Of a stretch of DNA of 64,000 nucleotides, positions 30,545-39,837 are shown piece after piece. The stretch covers positions 1 through 64,000 of the forward strand of contig CAVTUQ010000002.1 of NCBI GenBank assembly GCA_963737905.1, written 5' to 3'. The position numbers and the translations under genes are program-made. This stretch comes from an uncultured delta proteobacterium. GTDB taxonomy: Bacteria; Desulfobacterota; Binatia; UBA9968. Within the stretch, counting starts at the first letter, position 1. Each line of letters starts with the position of its first letter. Under the pieces are notes generated by a model. That model did not search any database. It was not told the origin of the DNA and saw only the letters and a list, made by a program, of their open reading frames with translations.

Positions 30545-31948
30545 CTAGGCCTCGCCGCTTTTCAATTTATCGAGGATCCTTTCCATCTTCATGCCGCGCG
30601 AGCCTTTGAAAAGTAGCCAATCCCCTTTCCCCACATGACTTTTGAGCAGCCTCGCGACGTCGCCATGATCTTTGCCGATAGCGATTCGATCCTCCGGCAT
30701 GCCGCCCAGGATCGCGCCCTGCCTAACGTGCTTGGCTTGCGTACCCAATAGATACAGACGATCGATACCGGCGCGCGCCACCTCTTTGCCCAATTGCAGA
30801 TGCTGCCGGCGGCTTTGCCGGCCCAATTCAAACATATCGCCAAGTACAGCAGCCTTGTCACCGCTGCATTCGATCCCGGCTAGCGTCTTGACCGCCGCTT
30901 GCATGGAGGCGGGATTGGCATTGTAGGCATCGTTGATGATTCCGACTTTCCTCCACTTCTCGATCTGCATGCGCATACGAAAGGGTTTGGCCTTTTCGAG
31001 GCCCCTACGAATAGCCCTCAAACTGACGCCCAAACCGCAAGCCATCGCCGCCGCGCCAGTGGCGTTCACAACGTTGTGTTCACCCAAAAAATTGAGCCGG
31101 ACGCGGGATCGCCGTCGACCCACCCGGAGATAAAGCATGGTCCCTCTAGCACCGAGGGATCGCCACGATTCGGCACGCACCCGACCGCCCTGACCATAAG
31201 TAATCTTTTGGCCTTCGAATCTTTCGCCGAGGCGGCGCACCCATGGGTCGTCCAGGTTGACCACGATCTTGCCGCCGGGTCGAAGCCCACCGAATAGCGC
31301 GCCCTTTTCACGGGCGACTCCCGCCAGGCTGTTGAGCCCTTCGAGATGAGCCGCAGCCACGGCGGTGATCATTCCCATGTCTGGGGCGGCAATCTCGGCC
31401 AGACGTTGGATCTCCCCCGGACGATTGGTTCCAAGCTCGACCACCGCCACCTTGTTCCTTTTGTGCAAACGGAGGAGAGTCAAGGGCAAGCCGACAAGGT
31501 TGTTGAAATTACCCTCGGTTTTCAGAATCCGTCCGCGAAGCGGCTTTCTATCCACGTAAGCTTCTTCGAGAATCGCCGCAAGCATCTCTTTGGTGGTGGT
31601 CTTGCCATTGGATCCAGTGATCGCCAGCACTTTCGGGCCGACTAACTCGCGGCGGCAATGAGCCAGATCGCCGAGCGCACGCAACGTGTCGCTCACTTTG
31701 ACGACCGCGGCAGCGCCGTACGCCGGCGTACGAAGATCGCGATGAACAACAACGCAACTCGCGCCGCGCCCTACGGCTTCGCGCACGAATCGATGTCCGT
31801 CCAACCGCTCACCCTTTAGGGCAACAAAAACCGATCCCCGTTTTACTTTGCTCGAGTCTGTCACCACTTCACCGAAGCGATCGCTTTTTCCGCCACGGAG
31901 GAGCCTCCCCCCGGTCGCCAACAGAATTTCTTTACAGCGCCACCCCAT
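30545..31948 (-). CDS. murF: UDP-MurNAc-tripeptide--D-Ala-D-Ala ligase
   Basis: [41 protein letters not shown]. Confidence 0.96.
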   Translation of the reverse strand: MGWRCKEILLATGGRLLRGGKSDRFGEVVTDSSKVKRGSVFVALKGERLDGHRFVREAVGRGASCVVVHRDLRTPAYGAAAVVKVSDTLRALGDLAHCRRELVGPKVLAITGSNGKTTTKEMLAAILEEAYVDRKPLRGRILKTEGNFNNLVGLPLTLLRLHKRNKVAVVELGTNRPGEIQRLAEIAAPDMGMITAVAAAHLEGLNSLAGVAREKGALFGGLRPGGKIVVNLDDPWVRRLGERFEGQKITYGQGGRVRAESWRSLGARGTMLYLRVGRRRSRVRLNFLGEHNVVNATGAAAMACGLGVSLRAIRRGLEKAKPFRMRMQIEKWRKVGIINDAYNANPASMQAAVKTLAGIECSGDKAAVLGDMFELGRQSRRQHLQLGKEVARAGIDRLYLLGTQAKHVRQGAILGGMPEDRIAIGKDHGDVARLLKSHVGKGDWLLFKGSRGMKMERILDKLKSGEA

Positions 31949-31958
31949 TCCCCAACCA

Positions 31959-33485
31959 CTATGCGCTGCTGCCGATTCGACTCAGCTCCTCCCGCGCAAC
32001 TTCTCGATCATCGAAATGAATTTTCTTTGCTCCGAGGATCTGATAGTCCTCGTGCCCCTTACCCGCAATCAACACCACATCACCCCGTCGAGCCGCACCC
32101 AACGCAATCCGAATGGCAGCGCGCCGATCCTTTTCAACCCAATAGCCGCGTTCCGTTTGCGGGCTACCCTCTCCGGATCTCTTCAAACCGGCCTTCTGTA
32201 TGCCGTCCTCGATTTCGGCCAGAATCCTGAGCGGGTCCTCGCTACGCGGATTATCCGAGGTTAAAATCACGAGATCACTCAATCGTGCAGCGATCTCGCC
32301 CATCAACGGCCGCTTTCCCCGATCCCGGTCTCCGCCGCAACCGAAAACCGTCAAGACTCTTTGTTGAGTCAACGGCCGAACCGCACCGAGTACTTTTTCC
32401 AGAGCGTCAGGGGTATGGGCATAATCCACCAAAACCGAAACTCCCCGATTGTTTTCGACCTTCTCCAATCTGCCCGGCACAGAGGTGAGCTGTCCAATAC
32501 CCTTGGCAATCACCGCGGCCGGCAATTCCAGGCAACCCCCGACTCCGACGGCGCCCATGATATTTTGCAAATTGGCAGCACCGATGAGCGGCGAGGAAAA
32601 ATCGAGGTAGTGACCTTTGAACTCCAATTGTCCTCTAATCCCGCCCACATCACTCTCAACTTTTACCGGGTGAATGTCCCATTCGCGATCCTCGCCGTAG
32701 CTCCACGCCTCCAAGCCCGCCTCACGAACCTGGCGCAGCAGCTCCCTTCCCCTGGCGTCTCCCCCGTAAATTACGGCAGCCTTCTTTGGCTTCACGCTCA
32801 CTTTCAGATAATCCGTAAAGAGCCTGCTCTTAGCCAAAAAATAGTCATCCATGTCGGCGTGGTAATCAAGATGGTCGCGCGAAAGATTCGTGAATAAAGC
32901 AACGTCAAAGTCGATTCCTCGCACCCGCTCTTGAACCAAAGCATGGGAGGAAACTTCCATCGCTACTGATTGAACGCCGGCTGTTTCCATCTCCGCCAAA
33001 AGCGATTGCAATTCGAGCGATTCCGGCGTCGAGTGATGGGAAGGAACCTGGCGTCCCCTATAGCGATAGTTGATGGTACCGATCACACCCGGCTCCAGAC
33101 CTGCGGCCGAGAGTATCGATTCGACCAGATAGGTCACCGTGGTCTTTCCATTCGTTCCGGTGACACCCACAAGCTTCATCCGCCGACTCGGCAGGCCGTA
33201 GAAATATCCTCCCCACAATCCCATGGTACGCCGAACATCTTTTGTCCGTATCCAGGTTGTTCCATGCGCCCAAGTCCCCTTCCGAGCTACGACCACCCCG
33301 GCGGCGCCATTCTGAAGTGCTTGAGGAATGAACTCGTGACCATCCACTTTCTCTCCGGAAATGGCAAAAAAGATTTCTCCCGCTTTCACTTGGCGAGAGT
33401 CGTAGGTTAGCCCTGTCACTTCTTGCTCGAGATCCCCCTCTGCTTCTTCTACCTCCTTTAACGCCAACAACTCCCGCAAACGCAT
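31959..33485 (-). CDS. murE: UDP-MurNAc-dipeptide--meso-DAP ligase
   Basis: GTNGKTT, EVSSH, DHLDYH, DYAHTPD, DNPR (DAP specificity), AGKGHE. Confidence 0.97.
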   Translation of the reverse strand: MRLRELLALKEVEEAEGDLEQEVTGLTYDSRQVKAGEIFFAISGEKVDGHEFIPQALQNGAAGVVVARKGTWAHGTTWIRTKDVRRTMGLWGGYFYGLPSRRMKLVGVTGTNGKTTVTYLVESILSAAGLEPGVIGTINYRYRGRQVPSHHSTPESLELQSLLAEMETAGVQSVAMEVSSHALVQERVRGIDFDVALFTNLSRDHLDYHADMDDYFLAKSRLFTDYLKVSVKPKKAAVIYGGDARGRELLRQVREAGLEAWSYGEDREWDIHPVKVESDVGGIRGQLEFKGHYLDFSSPLIGAANLQNIMGAVGVGGCLELPAAVIAKGIGQLTSVPGRLEKVENNRGVSVLVDYAHTPDALEKVLGAVRPLTQQRVLTVFGCGGDRDRGKRPLMGEIAARLSDLVILTSDNPRSEDPLRILAEIEDGIQKAGLKRSGEGSPQTERGYWVEKDRRAAIRIALGAARRGDVVLIAGKGHEDYQILGAKKIHFDDREVAREELSRIGSSA

Positions 33486-33489
33486 TTCC

Positions 33490-35442
33490 TTAACCTTGAA
33501 GGTTCAAAACCAAAATATTTTCCTCGTCCCAACGACCTCCGGGCACCGGAGATTGCCGCACCACATAGCCGTTCCCGCGCATTTTTACCTTGACTCTCAT
33601 CGCTCGCGCTTTCTCCACCGCCTCCCGAAGGCTGAGGCCAACGAAGTCCGGCACCGCCGCGACGCTGCCATCGGCGGCAGTTTCCTTCTTTGGGGCTCGC
33701 CGGACGGGAAGTTCGGCTTGGCCAATGGTGGCCGCCGGAACCAAGTCTGGCTTTTGCGGAGCCACCATCAGGTGACGGAGCGCCCCTTGTGCGATGTTGC
33801 GGAAAACCGGAGCGGCAACGACGCCTCCGTAGGCGTTGACCTCAGGCTCATCGACGAGGACCAAAGCCACCAATTTGGGGGCATCCGCAGGAACAAATCC
33901 GACAAACGACCCAACTCGTTTCGTCGCCGCGTAGCCGCCGTGGGCGAGATCCGCCTTCTGTGCCGTGCCTGTCTTTCCCGCCACCTCAAACCCTTCCACC
34001 TTCGCCATCGTCCCGGTGCCGCCCTCATTGGTCACTTCTTTCAGCATGGACGCCAACAATCTCGATGTCTTCTCCGAGACCACACGCCGGACTACGTGGG
34101 GCTGGTTTTCGAGGAGCACCTCGCCCTTGGGGCCCACGACGCGCCGTACCAAGTAGGGACGCATGAGGAAGCCGCCGTTTGCGATAGCGGCGTAGGCCAT
34201 CACCATCTGCATCGGCGTTGCCGAAATGCCCTGGCCGAAGGCGTGGGTAGCGAGATCGATTGCCGACCAGGATTCTGGTTTTCGAAGCAGCCCGGGAACT
34301 TCGCCCGGCACATCGATGCCGGTAATCTGACCGAAGCCAAATTTTTCGATGTACTTAAAGTACCGTTCCCGTTTTAGCTTCTCTGCCACCTTGGTGAATC
34401 CAATGTTGCTCGATACCTGAAGGATTTTGGAGAACGGCAACCAACCGTAGGGGTGGGTGTCATGAATGAATTTTCCGGCGTAAGCGTATTTTCCCATTTC
34501 GCAGTAGAAAAGATCGTCTTTGCCCACCACTCCTTCTTCTAAGGCCGCCGCCGCAAGGATCGTTTTAAACGTTGAGCCAGGCTCAAAGCTGTCGGCAACG
34601 GCGCGATTGCGCTTTTGCTGCGCCGACTGTTTGGAAAAATTGTTCGGGTTGAACGACGGATAATTCGCCAGGGCGAGCACTTCCCCGGTGAACGGCTCAA
34701 CGACGATCGCAATTCCCGCCTTTGCGCGATACTTGCTGATCGTTGCCTCCAATTCCTTTTCCGCAAGATGCTGAATCGACGTGTCGAGAGTTAGGTGAAT
34801 GTCGCCCCCCGGCGGAATCTGCAGACCCTCGACGCCTTGGACCAAAACCCTGCGGCCCAAAGCGTCGCGTTCGATCACCGACGAGCCGGTTTCTCCCCGG
34901 ATGTAGTCATTGTAGTGTAACTCCAACCCTTCCAATCCTTCCGAATCGCGACCGACAAATCCAATGACTTGCCCTGCCAACTGACCCTGTGGGTAGTAGC
35001 GGTTGGGCTCGTAAAACATGCCGATGCCGTCCGCGCTCAAGGCCTGTATCTGCTCAGCTTCTTGAGGACCGATCTGCCGCTTGATCCAAACAAAAGGCTT
35101 GTCCGAGGTAATCTTCTGCTTCACTTCGACAAGGTCGAGATTGAGAACCTTAGCGAGTGCTCGGCTCACGCTTACCGGATCATGAATGCGATGCGGACGG
35201 GCATAAACCGACTGCGCTTCCAGGCTCAACGCCAGCGGCTCGCCCGTGCGATCCATGACCGCGCCTCTTTTCGGAAGCACGATCCACTCCTTGAGGTGCT
35301 GCCTTTCACCGAGTCGTTTGAGCCTTTCTCCCTGCAGAACTTGAAGCTGAAAAGCCCGTCCGGCGGCTACGACAAACAGAAACACGAAAAATACTTTGGC
35401 TACACCCAAACGCAAACGATTTCCCCGATAAGAGCGTCTCAT
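33490..35442 (-). CDS. ftsI: Divisome transpeptidase PBP3 with C-terminal PASTA domain
   Basis: EPGSTFK (SxxK), SSN (SxN), KTGT; C-terminal VPDFVGLSLREA PASTA. Confidence 0.95.
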   Translation of the reverse strand: MRRSYRGNRLRLGVAKVFFVFLFVVAAGRAFQLQVLQGERLKRLGERQHLKEWIVLPKRGAVMDRTGEPLALSLEAQSVYARPHRIHDPVSVSRALAKVLNLDLVEVKQKITSDKPFVWIKRQIGPQEAEQIQALSADGIGMFYEPNRYYPQGQLAGQVIGFVGRDSEGLEGLELHYNDYIRGETGSSVIERDALGRRVLVQGVEGLQIPPGGDIHLTLDTSIQHLAEKELEATISKYRAKAGIAIVVEPFTGEVLALANYPSFNPNNFSKQSAQQKRNRAVADSFEPGSTFKTILAAAALEEGVVGKDDLFYCEMGKYAYAGKFIHDTHPYGWLPFSKILQVSSNIGFTKVAEKLKRERYFKYIEKFGFGQITGIDVPGEVPGLLRKPESWSAIDLATHAFGQGISATPMQMVMAYAAIANGGFLMRPYLVRRVVGPKGEVLLENQPHVVRRVVSEKTSRLLASMLKEVTNEGGTGTMAKVEGFEVAGKTGTAQKADLAHGGYAATKRVGSFVGFVPADAPKLVALVLVDEPEVNAYGGVVAAPVFRNIAQGALRHLMVAPQKPDLVPAATIGQAELPVRRAPKKETAADGSVAAVPDFVGLSLREAVEKARAMRVKVKMRGNGYVVRQSPVPGGRWDEENILVLNLQG

Positions 35443-35786
35443 GGTAAAACAATCACCTGACCCTTCTCCGGAGGCCTAAGCCCCAAACGCCTGCGAGACA
35501 TCGCCTCCAAACGGTCGGGTGAGGTCAATGTGGCTAATTCAACTTTCAATTCTCGATTTTCTTGTTCGAGCTGATTTTGGAGCTTGCTCGTGGTCGCCAG
35601 GACATAGCCCATATGGACCACCTGCAATCTCAACCAGACGTGTAGCAATGCGACGCCAACCAAACCAAGAACCAAACAGGTGACCAACAGCACGTGCCGC
35701 GGGCGCTGACCGCGATCGACGCTGTGGACCCGCTCCTTTTTTTGAGATCGTAAGGCTTTGGCGTTCTGTCTTACCGCGGTTGCCAC
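35439..35786 (-). CDS. ftsL: Cell division protein FtsL
   Basis: TM helix followed by a leucine zipper (LEQENRELKVELATL.SPDRLE); dcw position. Confidence 0.88.
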   Translation of the reverse strand: MATAVRQNAKALRSQKKERVHSVDRGQRPRHVLLVTCLVLGLVGVALLHVWLRLQVVHMGYVLATTSKLQNQLEQENRELKVELATLTSPDRLEAMSRRRLGLRPPEKGQVIVLP

Positions 35787-35798
35787 TGGGTTATTCCC

Positions 35799-36728
35799 TC
35801 AAATCCGTTCCACCGCGCGCAATTTGGCCGAGCGCGCGCGGGGGTTGGCTTCAATCTCGCTCGGTGAAGGGGAGAGCGGTTTGGCCGTAAGCAACTTCAC
35901 TTTTCGGCTCCAACCACATTGGCAAGTTGGTGTCCTCGGAGGACAGAGACATTCACGGTTCCACCTGCGAAATGCCGTCTTGACCAACCGATCTTCCAAT
36001 GAATGAAACGAAATGACGACCATACGACCCTTCGGCTGAAGCAATTCATAACCGTTACCCAAAAAGCGATCCAAATTCTCGAGCTCTTGATTGACCACGA
36101 TCCTCAGAGCTTGGAAGGTTTGAGTCGCCGGATGGTGATCTCGTCCGCCCTTGCCCTTAACTCGTGCGACGATTTCAGCAAGCTCCTCCGTCGTTTTAAT
36201 GGACTTCATCTTCCGTTCAGAGACGATGGCTAGCGCAATACGACGAGCCCGCGGCTCTTCACCGTAGTTGCGCAGGATGCGTTCCAGCTCCGATACCGGG
36301 AACGTATTGACGATCTGATACGCATCCAGCGATTGGCGGCGATCCATTCGCATATCGAGTCTCGCTCTGCCCCGAAAGCTGAAACCCCGCTCTGGAGATT
36401 CAAACTGGTGCGACGAGACACCCAAATCCAAAACAATACCATCCACCCGCTGCCAACCGATCTCAGACAGGACCGCCCCAGCCGTCCCGAAATTCCCCTG
36501 CCGCGCCACGAGGCGATCTCCGAATCGGGTCAGTCGTTGGCTCGCCGCCGCCAAAGCCTCGTCATCCAGATCCAGGCCCAGGACTTGCCCATCGGGACCG
36601 CTGTGAATCAGAATTTGCTCTGTGTGCCCTCCTCCTCCCAGGGTGCCATCCAGGTATCGTTTCCGCGGTTCGGGTCTGAGGAAGTCAATCACTTCCCGAG
36701 CCATTACAGAAACATGCGTAAACGCCAT
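35799..36728 (-). CDS. rsmH: 16S rRNA m4C1402 methyltransferase
   Basis: HVSVM, DGTLGGGGH, DLGVSS, LDMRMD, ISFHSLEDR, NPRARSAKLR. Confidence 0.97.
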   Translation of the reverse strand: MAFTHVSVMAREVIDFLRPEPRKRYLDGTLGGGGHTEQILIHSGPDGQVLGLDLDDEALAAASQRLTRFGDRLVARQGNFGTAGAVLSEIGWQRVDGIVLDLGVSSHQFESPERGFSFRGRARLDMRMDRRQSLDAYQIVNTFPVSELERILRNYGEEPRARRIALAIVSERKMKSIKTTEELAEIVARVKGKGGRDHHPATQTFQALRIVVNQELENLDRFLGNGYELLQPKGRMVVISFHSLEDRLVKTAFRRWNRECLCPPRTPTCQCGWSRKVKLLTAKPLSPSPSEIEANPRARSAKLRAVERI

Positions 36729-37094
36729 TTAGTGACTGGTGCCGTCCCCCTCCCAGTCGTCGTCAAAACTCTCAATGGCATCTTCCAACGAGGTGTATTC
36801 CTCGAAGAAACGATCCATCCCGACGACCTTAAAAATATCCCGCAGAAACGGGCTCATCCCCGCCAGCTTGAGATCACCGTTTAAATTTCTAAGCAGCTTG
36901 AGCCGTTCAAGGAGAACTCCGATACTCAAATAATTGATATGATCCACGGCCCGAAGATTCAGGACGACTTTCGTGCGGTCCTTTTCAATCAGTCCACCGA
37001 TCATGTCTTTGATCCGGATCATTTCCCGAAAATCGATATCGCCAGCCACATCAAGCACCGAAATGTCCTGGATGGGTTTTCGCGGCAGCAGCAT
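36729..37094 (-). CDS. STAS-domain (anti-sigma-factor-antagonist-like) protein
   Basis: VLDVAGDID, KVVLNLRAVDHINYLSIGVL, GDLKLAG...DIFKVVG; RBS AGGAG. Confidence 0.88.
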   Translation of the reverse strand: MLLPRKPIQDISVLDVAGDIDFREMIRIKDMIGGLIEKDRTKVVLNLRAVDHINYLSIGVLLERLKLLRNLNGDLKLAGMSPFLRDIFKVVGMDRFFEEYTSLEDAIESFDDDWEGDGTSH

Positions 37095-37137
37095 TCCTCA
37101 TTCTCCTTTCAAGCTACTTCCATCTTTCTCGACGTTC

Positions 37138-37590
37138 TTACAATCCCAAGTCGCCGAGAAAATCAGGGTCTTGCATCAACTTCTCTTCGGCATCCGAGAA
37201 TATTTTTTTCCATGCATCGAGATCCCAGACGCGAAACTTTTCCAAAGCTGAGACCAGCACCACATCGCGCTTCAGTTCGGCGTATTTCCTCAATAGCGGC
37301 GGAATCAAAATGCGGCCCTGCTTATCGACGACGCATTCAGACGCGCCGCCGAAGTAATAGTTTTGAAACATCAACATTTTGCGATCGAACTTTGGCTTCT
37401 TTCGAATCTCTTCTTCCAACCTTGACCATTCATCGAGAGGATAAATGTCGAGACATTTCATTCCATCGACGACGAAATTCGTAATGACGATGCGTTCATC
37501 ATTTTTCCCGAGAAGGACCTCCCGGAACTTAACAGGAATGCTCAAGCGGCCCTTGCCGTCGAGCGTATGTTCAAAACTGCCGCGAAACAT
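37138..37590 (-). CDS. mraZ: Transcriptional regulator MraZ
   Basis: MFRGSFEHTLDGKGRLSIP and second repeat DKQGRILIP. Confidence 0.97.
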   Translation of the reverse strand: MFRGSFEHTLDGKGRLSIPVKFREVLLGKNDERIVITNFVVDGMKCLDIYPLDEWSRLEEEIRKKPKFDRKMLMFQNYYFGGASECVVDKQGRILIPPLLRKYAELKRDVVLVSALEKFRVWDLDAWKKIFSDAEEKLMQDPDFLGDLGL

Positions 37591-37629
37591 ACATCCCCTA
37601 GGCTAAATAGGACTCAAATGGGATATCAT

Positions 37630-37683
37630 CCCACATTATCCCACATAGGCGCCACTTATAACTTTATGAGCACTATCTGTCAA
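37630..37683 (-). promoter_or_regulatory. dcw sigma70 promoter with three MraZ-type GTGG boxes
   Basis: Minus strand TTGACA (37683-37678)-N17-TATAAG (37660-37655), then GTGG repeats at 37655, 37644 and 37634 (11/10-nt period). Confidence 0.85.
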
Positions 37684-37930
37684 TAAAAATTTCAACTTTT
37701 TCGCGGATTTTTGCGCCTATCGGCCGCGCTGAATTCAGTCAATATGTTGACAGTCTCCCCTGGTGATCTACTAGATATCGAATGATCAGTTTGATATCTC
37801 TTCGGATCACAAAAAAAGTCAAAGAATGACAAGAATACGTACAAACTGGACGACAAGACTCTTCGTCTGGCAGGCGTCAAGCCGAATAGCAGATCGAGAC
37901 AGAAGCGAGTAGATAACGATTGTGGGCTAA

Positions 37931-38286
37931 AGTGGATCGTAAGCCGGATTCTGTTCGCGGTTCCTAATAGGAACCCTAGCGATCATTCATCTTGCCCCAT
38001 GATTACTCATGGGGTCGAGCGACCTTACCCGAGGGTTATGGGCGGACCACCCAACCCTCCTATTTGGTCTTGCTCCGGGTGGGGTTTGCCAAGCGTCCAT
38101 CATCACTGATGGACCGGTGAGCTCTTACCTCGCCTTTTCAACCTTACCCATCAAAAATGACGGGCGGTGTGTTTTCTGTGGTACTTTCCCCCGATCACTC
38201 GGGGCCGTCGTTAGCGGCCACCTTGTCCTGCGGAGTCCGGACTTTCCTCCCTCTGCCCAGGGCGGAGGGCGATCGCTTGATCCACT
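37931..38286 (-). ncRNA. rnpB: RNase P RNA (type A)
   Basis: Minus strand GAGGAAAGTCCGGACTCC near the 5' end and ACAGAATCCGGCTTAC near the 3' end; P1 helix AGTGGATC/GATCCACT. Confidence 0.96.
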
Positions 38287-38721
38287 TTAGCCCAGTGAGG
38301 ATTTTCTGATTGCGTCGTCGATCCCTTGGTTAGCCAATCGATCCGCTAACCGGTTCAATTCCCGAGGCACATGAAGAATACGATAGGCCTCAAACTGACG
38401 CAATAATGTGACGGCTTTTTGAAAAAGCCTCTTCAGCTTTTCGTCCTTCACACGGTATTCACCGTTAAGCTGGCGCACCAGTAGTTGTGAATCACTCTGG
38501 ATCCGGACACTTTTTTTGCCGAGCTGAAGGAGCGCTTCGAGCCCCATGAGTAACCCTTCATATTCTGCGACATTGTTCGTGGTATATCCCAAGTAAGCGC
38601 TTAGCTCCTTCACCACTTTGCCGTGCCCGTCGAGAATCACGGCTCCACATCCTGCAGGTCCGGGATTGCCTCGGGCAGCGCCATCAACCATGAGAAGCCA
38701 TGCATTGTCTGGTCCCGACAT
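38287..38721 (-). CDS. rnhA: Ribonuclease HI (archaeal/actinobacterial-like type)
   Basis: VDGAARGNPGPAG, TNNVAEYEG, SDSQL, HVPRELNRLADRLAN. Confidence 0.92.
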   Translation of the reverse strand: MSGPDNAWLLMVDGAARGNPGPAGCGAVILDGHGKVVKELSAYLGYTTNNVAEYEGLLMGLEALLQLGKKSVRIQSDSQLLVRQLNGEYRVKDEKLKRLFQKAVTLLRQFEAYRILHVPRELNRLADRLANQGIDDAIRKSSLG

Positions 38722-38853
38722 AGTTAAATGAAGCGCCCTTCTCCGATCGTTCAAGAAATGCGAATGCGGCGATATAGCTGAATGGATCCCAGCTTAGCAG
38801 ACGCTTTGGATGATCGCCGGGTTACGAATGGTGAAGCAGGATTTTCGACGGCT

Positions 38854-39588
38854 TTAGGCTTCTTTTTCCTGTGGGACCGACGGTTTGTAATAGAGAATAC
38901 GCTGACAACTAGGGCAAAGATTGACTTTTTCGCTCTTGATAATTTCATTCCATAGCTGCGGCGGTATGTTCATATAGCAGCCTTGGCAAATTCCACCGGT
39001 AACTTCCACAACCGCGCTTCCGCCCCGCCGTGCAAAAATGAGCTCGTAGCGTGAAATCAGCTCTCCCGCAATCTGCGAAGCAATCGTTTTTCTAAGCGTA
39101 TAGGCCTCCGATACGAGTTGATCAATGTCGGAGATTTTCGATTGCATCTCCTCCTGCCTCTGTTGCCACTCCTCCTCCATGAAAGCCGCCTCTTCCTCTT
39201 TGGCCTTGAGCTCGGCCTTGATACGGTCGATCTCTTCGAGAACCCGGATCAGGTCCTCCTCAAGGTCGCCGTTACTTTGTTTAATTTGATCAATCTCCCG
39301 TTGTAATGCTTGCAGCTCTTTTGTGTTCTTGATGCGATTCATTCGCATCCGTTTATCCATGGCCTTCTTGCCTTCGTCTTGTAGTAATCGTTCTTTTCCT
39401 TGACGCTCCTTTTCTTTTTCCGCACAACCAGCCGCAAGCAACGCGATTTCCTGCTTCTTAGACTGGATTTCTTTGTCCTTGACCAGGAGCGCCCCGAGTA
39501 ACTGCTGTTTAGTGTTATTTTTCTCTTTTATCTCACGATCAACGTTCTGCAATGTAGCCAATATCTCTATCTGTTCAAGCAATTTCAC
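38854..39588 (-). CDS. C4-type zinc-ribbon coiled-coil protein (DUF164/CT398 family)
   Basis: Long coiled coil, then CQGC...CPSCQRIL; typical synteny with rnhA-rnpB. Confidence 0.9.
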   Translation of the reverse strand: MKLLEQIEILATLQNVDREIKEKNNTKQQLLGALLVKDKEIQSKKQEIALLAAGCAEKEKERQGKERLLQDEGKKAMDKRMRMNRIKNTKELQALQREIDQIKQSNGDLEEDLIRVLEEIDRIKAELKAKEEEAAFMEEEWQQRQEEMQSKISDIDQLVSEAYTLRKTIASQIAGELISRYELIFARRGGSAVVEVTGGICQGCYMNIPPQLWNEIIKSEKVNLCPSCQRILYYKPSVPQEKEA

Positions 39589-39603
39589 TTCTCCCATCTG
39601 CCC

Positions 39604-39632
39604 AAAAAAGAAATGCACCCCTGGGGGTGCAT
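39604..39632 (-). terminator. Intrinsic terminator immediately upstream of the zinc-ribbon gene
   Basis: ATGCACCCC-CA-GGGGTGCAT followed by TTCTTTTTT on the minus strand. Confidence 0.7.
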
Positions 39633-39837
39633 GTCTTCAATCGAACCTTTGCCAATAAATAAAGCGTGGGTCTTGCTACTTCCACTCCCTCTTAAATCTC
39701 CTTAAATAATACCTATCTCGATTCTACACACTTGTAAAGTGGTATGAGACCCCATAACACTCTTCCTGAATCCCTTTGGCGCTGGCGATGTTTCGCTAGC
39801 GCCACCGGACCGGCTGCAGCATGAAACGCGCTGATGC

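Noticed and set aside
33496-34377. Long antisense ORFs (also 14987-15808, 24692-25540, 51625-52602, 55291-56253)
   Set aside because: They lie opposite well-conserved genes in GC-rich DNA and show no motifs.
37747-37780. + strand TTGACA promoter divergent from mraZ
   Set aside because: No good -10 at 16-18 bp spacing and no downstream gene.
38009-38290. 93-aa ORF on the + strand
   Set aside because: It is the antisense of RNase P RNA, a common spurious ORF.
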